Positions 19,416 to 31,179 are shown, counted from the stretch's first letter. The stretch is 64,000 nucleotides of DNA from an uncultured Planctomycetota bacterium (GCA_963849325.1 CAWKHF010000001.1:128001-192000); one strand, 5' to 3'. Numbers and translations are program-made. Notes: generated by a model from the letters alone, not told the origin.

Positions 19416-20942
19416 TCAAGAAGACCGCTTCGGCTCCGACACGGCGTCGGGAGCCAACCAGTGCCGGCCGTCGCGCGCCATCAGGTCGTCGGCCTCCTCC
19501 GGTCCCCAGGAGCCGGCGGCGTAGTTGGGAAAGTCCTCCGCCGTTTGCGCCCGCCAATCTTCCAGGATGGGCTGCACCACCGCCCAGGCCGCCTCGACCT
19601 GGTCGGCGCGCATGAACAGCGTGGCGTCGGCGCGGATCACGTCCAGCAGCAGCGTCTCATACGCCTCCGGCGTCGGCGCCTGAAACGAGTCCTTGTACGA
19701 GAAGCGCATGTGGACCGGCCGCAGATGCACGGTGGGTCCGGGCTGCTTGGCCTGGAAACGCAGCAGAATGTCCTCCTCCGGCTGAATGCGGATGGCCAGG
19801 CGATTGGGCATCCAGTTGGCCGAGGCGCTGGACGGAAAGGAGCGGTGCGGCACCGGCTGGAACTGGATGAAGATTTCGGAGACGCGCGTCGGCAGACGCT
19901 TGCCGGTGCGCAGGTAGAACGGCACGTCCTGCCAGCGCCAGTTATCGACGTACAGTTTGACGGCCGCATACGTCTCGGTGGACGAATCGCCGGGCACGTC
20001 CGGCTCCTGTCGATAGGCCGGCACCGTTTGCCCTTTCGAGTCGCCCATGTCATACTGGCCGCGGACGGCGAACTGCGACACCTGGTCGGCCGCGATGGGA
20101 CGAATGGCCCGCAGCACGTCGGTCTTCTTGCTGCGCACCTCGTTGGCGTCGAAGGAGACCGGCGGCTCCATGGCGATGCAGCACAGCACTTGCAGCAAGT
20201 GGTTCTGGATCATGTCGCGCAGGGCGCCGGCGTGGTCGTAGTAACCGCCGCGATGCTCGACGCCGACTTCCTCGGCCACGGTGATCTGCACGTGGTTAAT
20301 GTAGCGACGGTTCCAGATCGGTTCGAGAAAACTGTTGGCGAAGCGCAGGGCGAGGATGTTTTGCACCGTCTCCTTGCCGAGATAGTGGTCGATGCGGTAA
20401 ATCTGGTCTTCGTTCATCTGGCCGGCGAGCTGTCGATTGAGGGTCCGGGCCGAGTCGAGGTCGTGGCCAAACGGCTTCTCGACGACCAGGCGGGCACGTT
20501 TCTCGTCGGCGAGGAGCTGGGCCTGGTTGAGCTGGCGAGCGATGACCTCGATCATGCTCGGCGCGGTGGCCAGGTAGAAAATGTGCTGGGCCTTCGTCTG
20601 CCAATCCTTGTCCCAGTCGCCGAGGCGCTCGGCGATCCGAGCGAACGCGTCTGCCTTGGTGAAGTCGGCGGAGAGATAGGACAGGTGCGCGGCGAAGCGG
20701 TCCCATTCTTCGTCCTTGGTCCGGCCGCGACGCGAGAACTGATCGACGCTTTGACGCAGGTTGCGGCGAGAAGCGTCGTCGTCCATCTCAAGCCGGTCGA
20801 TGCCGAGGATGGCAAACGGTTCGGTCAGCCAGCGATCGAGAAAAAGGTTGTACAGGGCCGGCACGAGCTTACGATGGGTCAGATCGCCGCCGCCACCGAA
20901 GATCGCCACCACCGTCGGTCCCGCATGAGCCTGTGAATCCAT
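19416..20942 (-). CDS. zwf: Glucose-6-phosphate 1-dehydrogenase
   Basis: IFGGGGDL, EKPFG, RIDHYLGKE, RDMIQNH, PFYLRTGKR. Confidence 0.97.
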   Translation of the reverse strand: MDSQAHAGPTVVAIFGGGGDLTHRKLVPALYNLFLDRWLTEPFAILGIDRLEMDDDASRRNLRQSVDQFSRRGRTKDEEWDRFAAHLSYLSADFTKADAFARIAERLGDWDKDWQTKAQHIFYLATAPSMIEVIARQLNQAQLLADEKRARLVVEKPFGHDLDSARTLNRQLAGQMNEDQIYRIDHYLGKETVQNILALRFANSFLEPIWNRRYINHVQITVAEEVGVEHRGGYYDHAGALRDMIQNHLLQVLCCIAMEPPVSFDANEVRSKKTDVLRAIRPIAADQVSQFAVRGQYDMGDSKGQTVPAYRQEPDVPGDSSTETYAAVKLYVDNWRWQDVPFYLRTGKRLPTRVSEIFIQFQPVPHRSFPSSASANWMPNRLAIRIQPEEDILLRFQAKQPGPTVHLRPVHMRFSYKDSFQAPTPEAYETLLLDVIRADATLFMRADQVEAAWAVVQPILEDWRAQTAEDFPNYAAGSWGPEEADDLMARDGRHWLAPDAVSEPKRSS

Positions 20943-21071
20943 GAACGTCTCCTGCTTCCGCGATCATCAGCACGTCGAGCGCGACGGCCGCTACGATCAT
21001 AATAGGACCGAGGCCGCTCGGAATCCGCAGAAGTTTCGCCGTTTTCTTCCCCATCTCCGCGAGAGGACATC

Positions 21072-23185
21072 ATGATCCGGGCAAAAGGACTGATGGTGCT
21101 GGCGCTGTGCGCCGGCGGTTTGCCGGCGCGGGCCGGCGTGGTCGCGCTGGAGGTCCACCAGCGCGAGCCGTTCGCCGGCGGCAAGGCGTTCGGCGACGCG
21201 GGATTCTACGAGAAGATCACCGGCATCGTCCGCTTCGCCGTCGATCCGGCCCACGCCCGCAATCGAGTCATCGTCGATCTGGAACGCGCTCCGCGCCGGA
21301 CGGCAAGCGGGTCGCGTTCGAGGCGGACTTCTGCATCCTGATGCCGCGCGACCTGGCGCGCGGCAACCGGGCGATCCTCTACGACGTGAACAATCGCGGT
21401 AACAAGCTGGCCCTGAGCTTCTTCAACAATGCTCGCGGGAGCAACGACCCGGCCAGCGAGCACGACGCCGGCGACGGCTTCCTGTTCCGTCGCGGTTACA
21501 GCGTGGTGTGGTGTGGCTGGATTGGCGAACTGCTGCCCGGCGGCGGCCGACTGCTGTTGCATCCGCCGGTGGCGACGGAGGGGGGCGAACCCATCCGCGG
21601 CCTGGTGCGCTACGAAATGAGCAGCGACAAGCCGGTCGAGACCTTGCCGCTGTCCCGCCGCGACGGCCACGGCTGCTACAACCCGACGCGGCGGGGCGAG
21701 GCGGAAGGCGCCCTCACCTGGCGCATGCGCGAGACCGACGAGCGTGTGCCGATCCCGCGCGGGCAGTGGTCGATCGAACGGCTGCCGATTCCGCCGGTCC
21801 CGCAAGGCGTACACGGCACGCTCGGTCAGGTGCGGCTGCGCCTGGTCGGCGGCTTTCGTCCCGGCTATCTCTACGAGCTGATTTGCGAGGCGGAGGGACC
21901 GATCGTGCAGGGTCTTGGCTTCGCCGCCGTCAGCGACCTGGTGTCGTTCCTGCGCTACGACGGCGGCGAAGGCAACCCGCTGGGCCGCGACGGCAAGCCG
22001 GTCATCGCCCGCGCCCACGCCTTCGGCGTCTCGCAAAGCGGCCGTTTCCTGCGGAATTACCTGCACCTCGGCTTCAACGTGGACGAGTCCGGCCGCAAGG
22101 TGTTCGACGGTATGATACCGCACGTCGCCGGCGGCGGACTGGGTTTCTTCAATCACCGCTTCGCCCAGCCGACCCGTCACAACGGCCAGCACGAGGACCA
22201 CCTGTATTCCGCCGACCGCTTCCCCTTCACCTACGGCGATTCCGAGCTGGCCTACCTTCGGGCCGACACCGGCAAGCCGGAAGCGACGCGCCGGCGCGAC
22301 GGCATCCTGCGGCGCACGGCGAGCGAGGACGTGAAGCTGCTGCCGAAGGTCCTGCACACGCAGAGCGCCGCCGAATACTGGCACCGCAGCGGTTCGTTGG
22401 TCCACACGGACCCGCTCGGTAGACGAGACGCCGGCATCCCGGAGAACGTGCGCGTCTACGCTTTCGGCGGCACGCAGCATGGCCCGGCCGCCTGGCCGCC
22501 CAGCCGCGGCAACGCCGACAACCTCCTCAATCCGGGCGATTATCGTCCCTTCCTCCGCGCCTTGCTCGATGCTCTCGACACCTGGGTCAAGGACGGCACG
22601 GCGCCGCCGCCGAGCGTGTATCCACGCATTGACAACGGAACACTCGTAGACTGGAGGCAGCGGAGCACCGGCTTTCCCGCCCTGCCGGGCGTGCGCTACC
22701 CGCAAGTCATTCATCGTCCGCTGATCGCCGATTTCGGCCCGGATTTCGAGTCCAAAGGCATCCTCACCGTCGAGCCGCCGCGTATCCTGGGACAGTATGT
22801 CGTCCTCGTGCCCAAGAGTGACGCGGATGGCAACGATCTAGGTACGCTGTTGCCGGTCGAGGTGGCCGTGCCCGTGGCGACGTACACCGGCTGGAACCTG
22901 CGCCGCCGCGACGTCGGCGCCGAGGCGATGCTGGCCAACCTGTCCGGTTCGTACATCCCGCTGCCGCGTACTAGGGCGGAACGCCGGAAGACGGGTGATC
23001 CTCGGCCGTCGATCGCGGAACGCTATGGCTCTTTCACCCACTACTGCAAGCAGTGGGACGACGTTTGCAAAGACCTGGTGCGACGGCGCTACCTGCTGGC
23101 CGAAGACGTGGAACGGCTGACCGCGAAGCGCGAGAGGCGCGCACGCTGTTTTCGGAAGGGCCATAACGGGAGGAATGACAAATGA
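21072..23185 (+). CDS. Secreted alpha/beta hydrolase domain protein (frameshift near 21295)
   Basis: Signal peptide; YDVNNRG, GLGFAAVSDLVSFL, nucleophile elbow GVSQSGR, TYTGWN, DPRPSIAERY. Confidence 0.8.
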
Positions 23186-23724
23186 AGAGTTTACCAATGG
23201 TTTTTGTCTCGGTCCTGGTTGTCCTGGCAGCCACGAACGCGCATGCGGAGGAGAAGAAGGGGCCGACCATCTCGGACAAGACGTTCCGGCGGGCCAGCTT
23301 CCTGCTCCTGGATGATCCGCTGAGCAAAACCGCGCGCGATTCGGCGCGGCTCATCCTGCTTTACACCCTGCAGAAGCCCAATGCCGCCGTGGGACTGAGC
23401 CGGCAGGAACTGAGATGGATCGGCAAGGGCGACCAGCGCAGTCTCTTGTTGCTCGCCGCCTATGCGGCCGGCGACGTGGGGTCGCAGCTCAACTCCGGCG
23501 TCAAGCGCAACGATCGCTATTCCGGGCTGCTGTGCCTCTTTCGCGTGTACCGGGCCTTACGCGAAAAAGAGGAGAGTTTCAAGGTCTCCGAGGTCGAAGA
23601 CCTTCTTCAGTTGCACCAGGAGGGCAAACTGGTGAACCACCTTCAGAAACTCGAAGAGAAGACGCCGACCAAGCTGAGTCCGGCGGAGGAACAGGTCATC
23701 CGCAAACTGATGGAGCGGAAGTGA
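23182..23724 (+). CDS. Exported hypothetical protein
   Basis: ATGA overlap with upstream gene; signal peptide ending AHA; helical. Confidence 0.7.
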   Translation: MKSLPMVFVSVLVVLAATNAHAEEKKGPTISDKTFRRASFLLLDDPLSKTARDSARLILLYTLQKPNAAVGLSRQELRWIGKGDQRSLLLLAAYAAGDVGSQLNSGVKRNDRYSGLLCLFRVYRALREKEESFKVSEVEDLLQLHQEGKLVNHLQKLEEKTPTKLSPAEEQVIRKLMERK

Positions 23725-23740
23725 ACGGTGATCCAAAGAA

Positions 23741-23797
23741 ACGAGCCGCGAGCGCCAGTGAGCGGCGTCCTGTCGCTCGCTGGCGCTCGCGGCTCGT
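23741..23797. repeat. Palindromic element (GAGCCGCGAGCG family)
   Basis: ACGAGCCGCGAGCGCCAG...CTGGCGCTCGCGGCTCGT. Confidence 0.85.
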
Positions 23798-23800
23798 CCA

Positions 23801-23915
23801 AGAGTCTGTCCCCTACGGGTTGTGGCGGCACGTTTCCAACGTGCCGGAGGGCCGGAGAATCCAGCAGATCGGCACGTTGAAAACGTGCCGCCACAACCCG
23901 TAGGGGACCGACTCT
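23801..23915. repeat. REPIN-like doublet: two inverted GTGG-REP hairpins inside longer terminal inverted repeats
   Basis: AGAGTC.GTCCCCTACGGGTTGTGGCGGCACGTTTCCAACGTGCC ... GGCACGTTGAAAACGTGCCGCCACAACCCGTAGGGGAC.GACTCT. Confidence 0.85.
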
Positions 23916-24927
23916 AAGTGTTGACCAGCGGCCGGCTCTTCTCGCCCTTGCCGTCGAGCCGGTCGAGGTGCGCCCCCCACTTCTTCGCCAGGGCGACTGT
24001 CTTTTCCTTCAGCTCGTTCGCCTCCGCGGGCGTCATCGGCTTGAACGTCTTCGCCCACTCGACGTTCTGCTCCAGCTCCTTTTCCGACCCCATGCCGATG
24101 ACGGTCAGTGTCACTCCCTTGACACTCTGGGCGAAGCGAAACGAATCGTGCATCAGCTCGGCCGGCATCTTGCAGGTTGTGATGCCGCCGCCGAAGACCT
24201 TCATCGCCGCCAAACCGATCTTCTTCTTGCGTGCCTGGGGCCAAACCACGTCTTCAAAGGCGTAAGTATGGCGATCGACGACATTGACCGCATTCATCAT
24301 GACGTCGATGTCGCGGCGAGCGATGACTTGCGCGAACTTCTCGGGACGGTTGTGGCCGGTGATGCCGACGAAGCGCGTCAGGCCATCTTTTTTGGCGCGT
24401 TCGAGGGCCGCCATCGGTCCCGCGTCGCCGACCAGCGCATCGAAGTCGTAGACGGCGTGGCCGATCGAGTGCGTGTACGTCAGGTCCACCTGCTCCACGC
24501 CCAGCTCGTCCAGGTTCTTCCGGAGCAGATCGAGGGTCTTGTCGCCGTCCGTCTCCAGGCATTTGGTAACGAGGAAGACCTCCTTGCGTCGTTCCTTGAG
24601 CACGCCGTTGAGGAATTGCTGTGCCCGGCCGTAGCCGGTGAGGAAGGCGAGGCGCGTTCGCGGCGGCGCCGTGTCGATGTAGGTGACGCCGAGATCGATG
24701 GCCTTGTGCAGCAGCGCCACCGCCTTCTTTTTGTCGCCCAGGTTGCCCAGGGCGACGGTGCCCAGCCCGAGGATGGGCACACGGACGCCTGTCTTACCCA
24801 GCGGACGCTGCGGCAGACGCGCGCCGCCCTCGCCTCGCATGGGCGGAGTGTTCCCCAGCAGCACGGCGGCGCCGGCGGCACCGGCGCGGAGAAAATCGCG
24901 TCGGGACAGGGAGGCTTTCTCGTTCAT
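23914..24927 (-). CDS. Tat-exported aldo/keto reductase
   Basis: SRRDFL twin-arginine signal; LGKTGVRVPILGLG, YIDTA, FLVTK, VGITGH. Confidence 0.9.
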   Translation of the reverse strand: MNEKASLSRRDFLRAGAAGAAVLLGNTPPMRGEGGARLPQRPLGKTGVRVPILGLGTVALGNLGDKKKAVALLHKAIDLGVTYIDTAPPRTRLAFLTGYGRAQQFLNGVLKERRKEVFLVTKCLETDGDKTLDLLRKNLDELGVEQVDLTYTHSIGHAVYDFDALVGDAGPMAALERAKKDGLTRFVGITGHNRPEKFAQVIARRDIDVMMNAVNVVDRHTYAFEDVVWPQARKKKIGLAAMKVFGGGITTCKMPAELMHDSFRFAQSVKGVTLTVIGMGSEKELEQNVEWAKTFKPMTPAEANELKEKTVALAKKWGAHLDRLDGKGEKSRPLVNT

Positions 24928-25257
24928 AACCCAGCTCCTTCGGAAAGGGGATGCCCGTCGCGATGGTCGCATCCGAGCTTCTCGTTATCGAGAGAATAAT
25001 CGGCGGAGGCGTCCTTGCATTCCACGGCGGCCAGCCTTCGGCCCGGCGCCGATTTGTAAACGGCTGAGCTTCCGCAACTTGCGGAATTTGCCCTTGTCCG
25101 TTCCCGCCTCCATCCGGTAAAACTTGGTTACGGGCGAAGGCGCGGAACGGAAGCCACGTGTGCCCGACCGCACTTTCCGCCGCTCCGGGGGATTTCTCAA
25201 AGGCGAGCGAAAATCCCTCACTTTGTGTTCCCGCACTGTCTCGAAAGGAGTCTTGCC

Positions 25258-25467
25258 GTGCTGGTCCTGTCTCGCCGTCTTCACGAGAAAATCGTTCTGC
25301 CCGGCCTCAACGTGACCATCCAGGTGGTCGCCGTCAAGGGAGGCACCGTCCGCATCGGCATCGAGGCGCCGCCGGACGTGCAGGTGATGCGTGAAGAACT
25401 GCTCGACCAGTCCCTGGCGCCGGCCGTGCTTGGCCGGAACGCCGACAAACAACTTTGTCATGCGTGA
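25258..25467 (+). CDS. csrA: Carbon storage regulator CsrA
   Basis: GTG start after AAAGGAG; MLVLSRR.HEKI...VRIGIEAPPDVQVMREEL. Confidence 0.92.
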   Translation: MLVLSRRLHEKIVLPGLNVTIQVVAVKGGTVRIGIEAPPDVQVMREELLDQSLAPAVLGRNADKQLCHA

Positions 25468-25483
25468 CCCCCACGCAGTCGCA

Positions 25484-25526
25484 GTAACCGCTTGCGGCTT
25501 CGCGCTTGTCGCCAAGCCGCAAGCGG
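25484..25526. repeat. REP-like hairpin (CCGCTTGCGGCTT family), possible bidirectional terminator
   Basis: CCGCTTGCGGCTT...AAGCCGCAAGCGG between convergent genes; related copy at 63227. Confidence 0.75.
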
Positions 25527-25536
25527 CCCTTCTGAT

Positions 25537-27313
25537 TCACGGCTTGTCGCCGTCGAGATAATAATCGATCCATCCAATCATCATCTCTTCCCACGTCTGA
25601 TCGCCCCAGTAGACCGCCTGCTTGGGGTCGGGATTGTTGGGATTGTTGGCGGAGTTATCGAAGTGGGCGACGCAGTGGAGCTTGGACCCCTTGGGCATCG
25701 CCACCGGCTGAGCCAGGCGGTAGACGCTCTGCCAGCCGAAGTCGTAGCGCGGCACCGAGAGCAGGACTTCCTTCTTGCCGTCGGGGTAGAGGGCTTCGTA
25801 GAGGAAATCCTTGCCGCGCAGGTGCATGTGCGGCATGAAGTGCAGCAGGTGGGCGTCCTCCTTGAAGACGTACTCGGCCTCGATCTTGTAGTTGGCCGCC
25901 CCGGCCGGGATCTTGTCGAAGCGCGTCAAAAACGACGGGTTGTAAACGGGCTTGGTCAGGACGCGGTGCCGCGGCGGCTCCTTGGCGAAGATCATCGCGA
26001 CCGAGGACTGATCGCGGTACGGCTTGCCGTTGGGCGTGTAGTGCATCTGGAAAATCAGCCGGGCGCCGGCGGGGATTTTCTTGCCTTGGTCCGGCGGCAG
26101 GTCGAGCGGCATGTCGCCGGGAGCGGTGCCGCACAGGACGGCGCCGGGCGCATCGGGATTAAAAAGCTCTCCCTTGGGCACGATGAAGACGACGATGTGA
26201 TGGACGACGGCCGGAGCGCCGGCTCGCGCCACGGCTCGCTGCACCCAGCGGTCTTCCCTGAAGCCCGGATCGACCGTGAAATACTGGTAGGGAATGCCGC
26301 CCTTGGGCGTCTGGGCCGGCACCTCGTAGGCGCGCGGCATCGGGATGACCAGGTCCGGCTTGCCGATGCTCCAGCCTTCGACGAAGCGGCGCGGCGGCGG
26401 CAAGTCCTTGTCGTCGCCGCGCGGAGTGCCGTGGTCGATCCAGCTCAGCAGCGTGTCGCGGTCCTCGTCCGACAGGTGGCGGTCGTTGCGGAACTTGCCG
26501 TAGCGCGGATCGGCGTGCCAGGGTGGCATGCGGCCGTCACCGACGACCTCGCGGATGGTGTCCGACCAGGCCACGGCATCGTCGAAGGTCAACAGCGCCA
26601 TCGGGCCAATCCGCCCCGGTCGGTGACACTCCTGGCAGTTCTTCTGCAAGATGCGGCTGACGTGGTGCGCGTAGGTGATTTTCCCATCCGCCTTCGGTCG
26701 GGCGACGCGGCTGATCCGGCAGCCGGTCGCCTCGGTTGCAGCCAGAGACACAGGCTTGCCGGCCAGCACTTCGTCCAGCGCCGCAGCCAGGTCGCGCCGC
26801 GTCGGCTTGCCCGGCCGCGCGTAGCCGATGCCGAACTGATCGTCGATGCGCCCCTGGTACAGAATGCTACCGCCGGTGTCGAGGACGAACGCTTCCGGCG
26901 TGCGGCGGGCGCCGGACTGGTCGGCCAGCTTGTTGCCGGCGTCCTTGACGACCGGAAAGGCGATGGCGTGCCGGCGAGCGTGGGCCGCCACGCGCTCCAG
27001 GCCGTCCTGCGAGTTGGCGTTGATACCCAGGAAGGCGACCCCCTTGCCGTGGTATTTCTTGTGCAGTTCCGCCAGGACGGGCAGGTACAGGTTGCTGACC
27101 GGACATTCGACGCCGAGGAAGACCAGGACGACGGCTTTCTTGTCCTTGAAATCGGCCAGGGAGACCGTGGCCTGGTCGCGCGGATCCTGGAGACGGAAAC
27201 CGTCCACTTTTCGGCCAGCAGCGGTGCGCAGGCTCGGCACGCGGCCCGCCCTCACCCCCCAGCAGGACGACGGACCCGATCAGGAATACGTAGGTGGTGA
27301 AACGCATCGACAT
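25537..27313 (-). CDS. Exported redoxin + c-type heme + copper type II (PHM/DBH-like) monooxygenase protein (frameshift near 27250)
   Basis: AGGAGG RBS, signal peptide; AhpC/TSA-like ECPVS and YQGRIDD; CQECH; VVHH, QMHY, PHMH, WEEMM. Confidence 0.85.
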
Positions 27314-27345
27314 GACATAGCCTCCTGATCCGTGGGAGTGATTCC

Positions 27346-27400
27346 TCAGTTGTCAGTTGTCAGTTGTCAGTAATTCAGACAACTGACAACTGACAACTGA
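27346..27400. repeat. Heptamer (TCAGTTG)n inverted repeat
   Basis: (TCAGTTG)x3 ... (CAACTGA)x3, intergenic. Confidence 0.9.
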
Positions 27401-27402
27401 TC

Positions 27403-28264
27403 CTACAGTCCCGGACGCGGCTGGACCTTCACCTCGATCTCCTTGCCGCCGCGCTGGACGCCCACCGATACGGTGGTCCCCGGTTGGACGTGACCGGCGG
27501 CCGCGTACAGATCGGCGAGCGTGTCGGTCCAGCGGCCGTCGAGGGTCAGCAGACGGTCGCCCGGCTTGAGTCCGGCCGCGGCCGCGGCGCCGCCGGCCAG
27601 CACTTCCTTGACGATCACGCCCGCCTCATCGTCGCCATCCGGCTTGTGCGCCACCAGACCCCATTGTCCGGCCGGCGCCAACACCTTCGGCGGCGGCGAA
27701 CCGCTGGTCATGAGCTGGAGCATCGTCGATTCGATCGAGCGCAGGACGTTGGCTGGCTTGTAGCCGTTGGCAACGAGGGTCAGCGTCTGGGCCTGGTAAT
27801 CGATGGTCATCTTGTAGCGTGCGAAGAAGGGGAAGCCGACAATACCGTAGAGCGGCCCCAGCTTGTGCGACATCAACTCGACCAGGGGATGATCCATGAT
27901 GATGGCGGGTTGGTCGGCGGCCTTCGCCGTGCCGACTTCCATCTCCTTCACCGTGACTTCGCCGATCCGACCGAGAAACGGCAGCGTCGATGGCGGCGTG
28001 TCCCGAAGCAGACCCGCCTCGCGGGCCAGTTTGTTGTTGAGCAGGTTGATCGGAGGCGCCGGTGTCGAAGACGACGCGGTACGGACCCTTGCCGTTGACC
28101 TTGATCCTCACCGCCATGTGGCCACTCTTGAGCAATTCAAACGGCACGACGACCGGCCGGGCGGCGGGTTTCTCGATCGGCTTGACGGACGGTTGCTCCG
28201 CGGCCGACAGCCGCAGCGTCCCAGACAGGGCCAACACCGCAAGAAGTAGATGACGAGGTTTCAT
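27403..28264 (-). CDS. Exported retropepsin-like aspartyl protease with C-terminal PDZ (frameshifted)
   Basis: Signal peptide; VRIKVNGKGPYRVVFDTGA; YGIVGFPFF; AGLKPGDRLL PDZ. Confidence 0.8.
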
Positions 28265-29104
28265 GTCACAGGCCCTCCCCGATCTTGACGGTGATCTCCC
28301 ATTTTTCCTTGCCGCGCCGCACGGTCAGCTTGAGGTCTTCCCCGGGGAGGAGACGGCCAAGGAAGCGGCTGCACATCGTCGCTATCGAGGACGCTGCGCC
28401 CCTGGACGCGAGTTATGCGATCGCCGGCCTTGACCCCCGCCTTGCCGGCCGGACCTTCGGCGAGGACGGACTGCACGACGGGGTTGTCCTCGTCGTCTTT
28501 CAATTCCACGCCGAGGAAGCCGCGCAGCCGCACGGGTGGACTGGCCTTCGTGCCGAGCAGATGGCCCAGCGATTTCAGAATGCCGCCCAGGAGGTCGATC
28601 TCCCCGGCGCCGCGGGCCTTGCCGGCCAGCGACAGCGCCATCTTGGGTTTGCCTTCCAGCTCCGTCCACACCATCTTGTCGCGCGTCAGGTCAATCTCCA
28701 TGCGGTAGCGCGCCAGGACGTTGTAGCCGATCATGCCGTGCAACTCGACGCCGGCGAGTCCGAGTCCGTTCATGCCCTCGACCTGCGGAGGGGTCTCGAC
28801 GCGGCCCTGGAGCTTGGTAGGACGACGCCGCCCTCGATCTCGAAGCGATCGAAAGTGCCCCAGCCCTTGTCGTCGGCCTTGACGCCGAGCTTGTCGCGCG
28901 ACCGGCACGGCGACGAACAGGGCCGGCGCTCCGGTATCGACGATGAAGTTGTACGGTCCCTTGCCGTTGATCTTGGCCCGCACGAGGATGTGTCTGGGTT
29001 TGGTCAGCTGATAGGGAACCTGGAACGATTTGGCCGGCCCCTCCGCCCGTCGCCGGCGGCGCGAGGCCGAGCGCCGCCAGGACAACACAGCAGAGTATTT
29101 TCAT
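28261..29104 (-). CDS. Exported retropepsin-like aspartyl protease with C-terminal PDZ (frameshifted)
   Basis: VRAKINGKGPYNFIVDTGAP; HGMIGYNVL; GFLGVEL...AGVKAGDRI PDZ; overlaps the next gene. Confidence 0.8.
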
Positions 29105-31153
29105 CGCAAGACTCCCGAGATGCGGACTCCGAGGGATGGGACGACACTCCGCGGATTATAACAGATGCGACAGCGATCGTTTAGCCGCGAGCGGGGGGCG
29201 TCAGCGCCCTCGAGTCTCGCGAGCACTCGGCGGCTGACGCAACCCGCTCCAGGCATTTCGCGATCCATTTCGTCTTTGGAGCGCTGGCCATCCCGGCGGA
29301 CCTTGATCCGACCCGGCGTGTCCGATGTGGCCCCGAGGAAGATGTAACACATCTCATCGGTGGTCTGTTCGCCGAATTTCACCCAGCGCGGCGGGTTCGA
29401 CGGGTTGTTCGGGTTCTTGTCGGTGTTGTCGTAGATGGCCTCGACCTGCAGGCGCGTGCCGGGCTTGAGGGCGATGGGTTCCTTGAGGAAATACGTCTCC
29501 TGCCAGTTGTAGTCCCAGTCCTTGATGGCCACGAGGGTCGTCGGCCGGCCGTCCGGCGGCGTGAGCGTCACCTTGACTTCGCGGCCGAGCATGTGCATGT
29601 GCGGCATGACCGAATACAGCATGCACTCCTGCTGCACCTCCAGGCCGCCGTGGACGACGAAGCGCTCCTTGCCGGGCGGGATGAGGAGGAAGCGGCCGGG
29701 GATGACCATGCCCTTCCACGGCTTGGTCTTACCGTCCTTGGCGAAATAAAGTCCGATCGACGTGCGGTCCTTCTCGACGCGGCCATTGCGGTGATAGTGC
29801 AGTTGCAGAATGACGTCGGCGCCGGCCGGCAGACGATAGCCGTAGCCGTCCGGCAGATGGCGGATCATCTGGCCCGGCGCCCATCCGCCCAGACCGCCGA
29901 CCGCGCCCGCCTGAGGGATGAAGCCCAGCCCCATCGCCACGGAGTACCCCGGCCCGCGATCCTGCGCCGGTCTTCTCCTGGAGGCGTTCCTTCTTCTCCA
30001 TCTCGCGCGCCTTGCCGCTGGTGTCGAAGAAGTTGAGGGAATGATGGACGACGCGATGATTGCCCGGCCGCACTTCGACGGCGGTGACGTACTTGTCCTC
30101 GGGCAAGCTCGTGGGCAGGACGAAGCAGCGGAACAGGTCGGGACCGCTGGCGCCGAGGGTCATCTCCTCGGGGACGGTCAAAACGAGGTCGGGTTGACCG
30201 AGCTGCCAGCCGTCCACGAACGTCCGCGGCGGCGGCGCGTCCTTGGGATCGCCCTCGGGCGTACCGCCGTCCACCCAGGCCGACAACGTGCGGATGTCCT
30301 TCTCCGACAACTTGCGCTCGTTGTGGAAGGCCGGACCTTCGACCGGCTTCCACGGCGGCATCTTGCGCTCCTGCGCGTATTCCTTGAGGTCGCCGGCCCA
30401 GTTGAGGGCCTGCTTGTACGTCATCAATGCGAACGGGCCGACCGCGCCGGGCCGATGGCACTCCTGGCAATTCTTCTGCAGGATCGGCAGGACATCGCGG
30501 TGGTAAGTGACGGCGCCGTCCGCGCGGGCCGTTCGTTCACGCGGAATGGGACAGCCGACCGGCCGGGTGGCCGGCTCACTCACGGCCTTGCCCGCCAGCA
30601 ATTCATCGAGCGCCTGGCGCAGATCGAAACGGGTGGTTCGACCATTCTTCTTCAGGCGAGCATAGTAACCGTTATCGATACGGCCGCGATAGCGGAGGAC
30701 GAAGTTGTGATCGAGCACGAACGCCGACGGCACGGTGTCGGCCTTGAAGGCGTCGGCGGCGCGAAAGCGCTCGTCCTTGAACACGGGAAAGGGCAGCTTG
30801 AACTCGGCGGCCTGCTTGGCGATCTGGGCGGCGTCGCCATCGTCGCTGCTGTTGACGGCCACGAACGCGACTTGCTTGTCGCGGTAGGTCTTCGCCAGCT
30901 CCGCCAGCGCCGGCGCGTAGCTGGTGGACACAGGGCACTCGAACGACAGAAAGACGACGACGATCGCCTTTTTGTCCTTCAGCTCGTACAGCGACCGGGC
31001 CTCGCCCCTGGCGTCCGCGAGCGTCACATTCTCGATCTTCTTGTTGAGCTTATCGACGACCAGATCCGTATCGGCGCGAGCGGACGCGCCGGTCGATCCG
31101 ATCCGTGCCATCAAGACCAGCAAGAGGACCGAACCCAATAGCCATCGCGGCAT
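29101..31153 (-). CDS. Second redoxin + heme c + copper monooxygenase protein (frameshift near 29970; true stop uncertain, possibly ~29260)
   Basis: Signal peptide MPRWLLGSVLL; ECPVS, YRGRIDN, CQECH, VVHH, QLHY, PHMH, TDEMC. Confidence 0.85.
29178..29249. repeat. Palindromic element, CGTTTAGCCGCG family (truncated)
   Basis: CGTTTAGCCGCGAGCGGG...CCCGCTC; related copies at 52108 and 56842. Confidence 0.7.
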
Positions 31154-31179
31154 AAGATTTCTCTCCAGGCAATTCCGTG

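Noticed and set aside
19050-20936. Long antisense ORFs (also 25492-27300, 35319-36242, 40793-42193)
   Set aside because: Shadow ORFs of GC-rich genes on the opposite strand
20869-21054. 61-aa minus-strand ORF with a hydrophobic stretch
   Set aside because: Overlaps the zwf start and occupies the divergent promoter region
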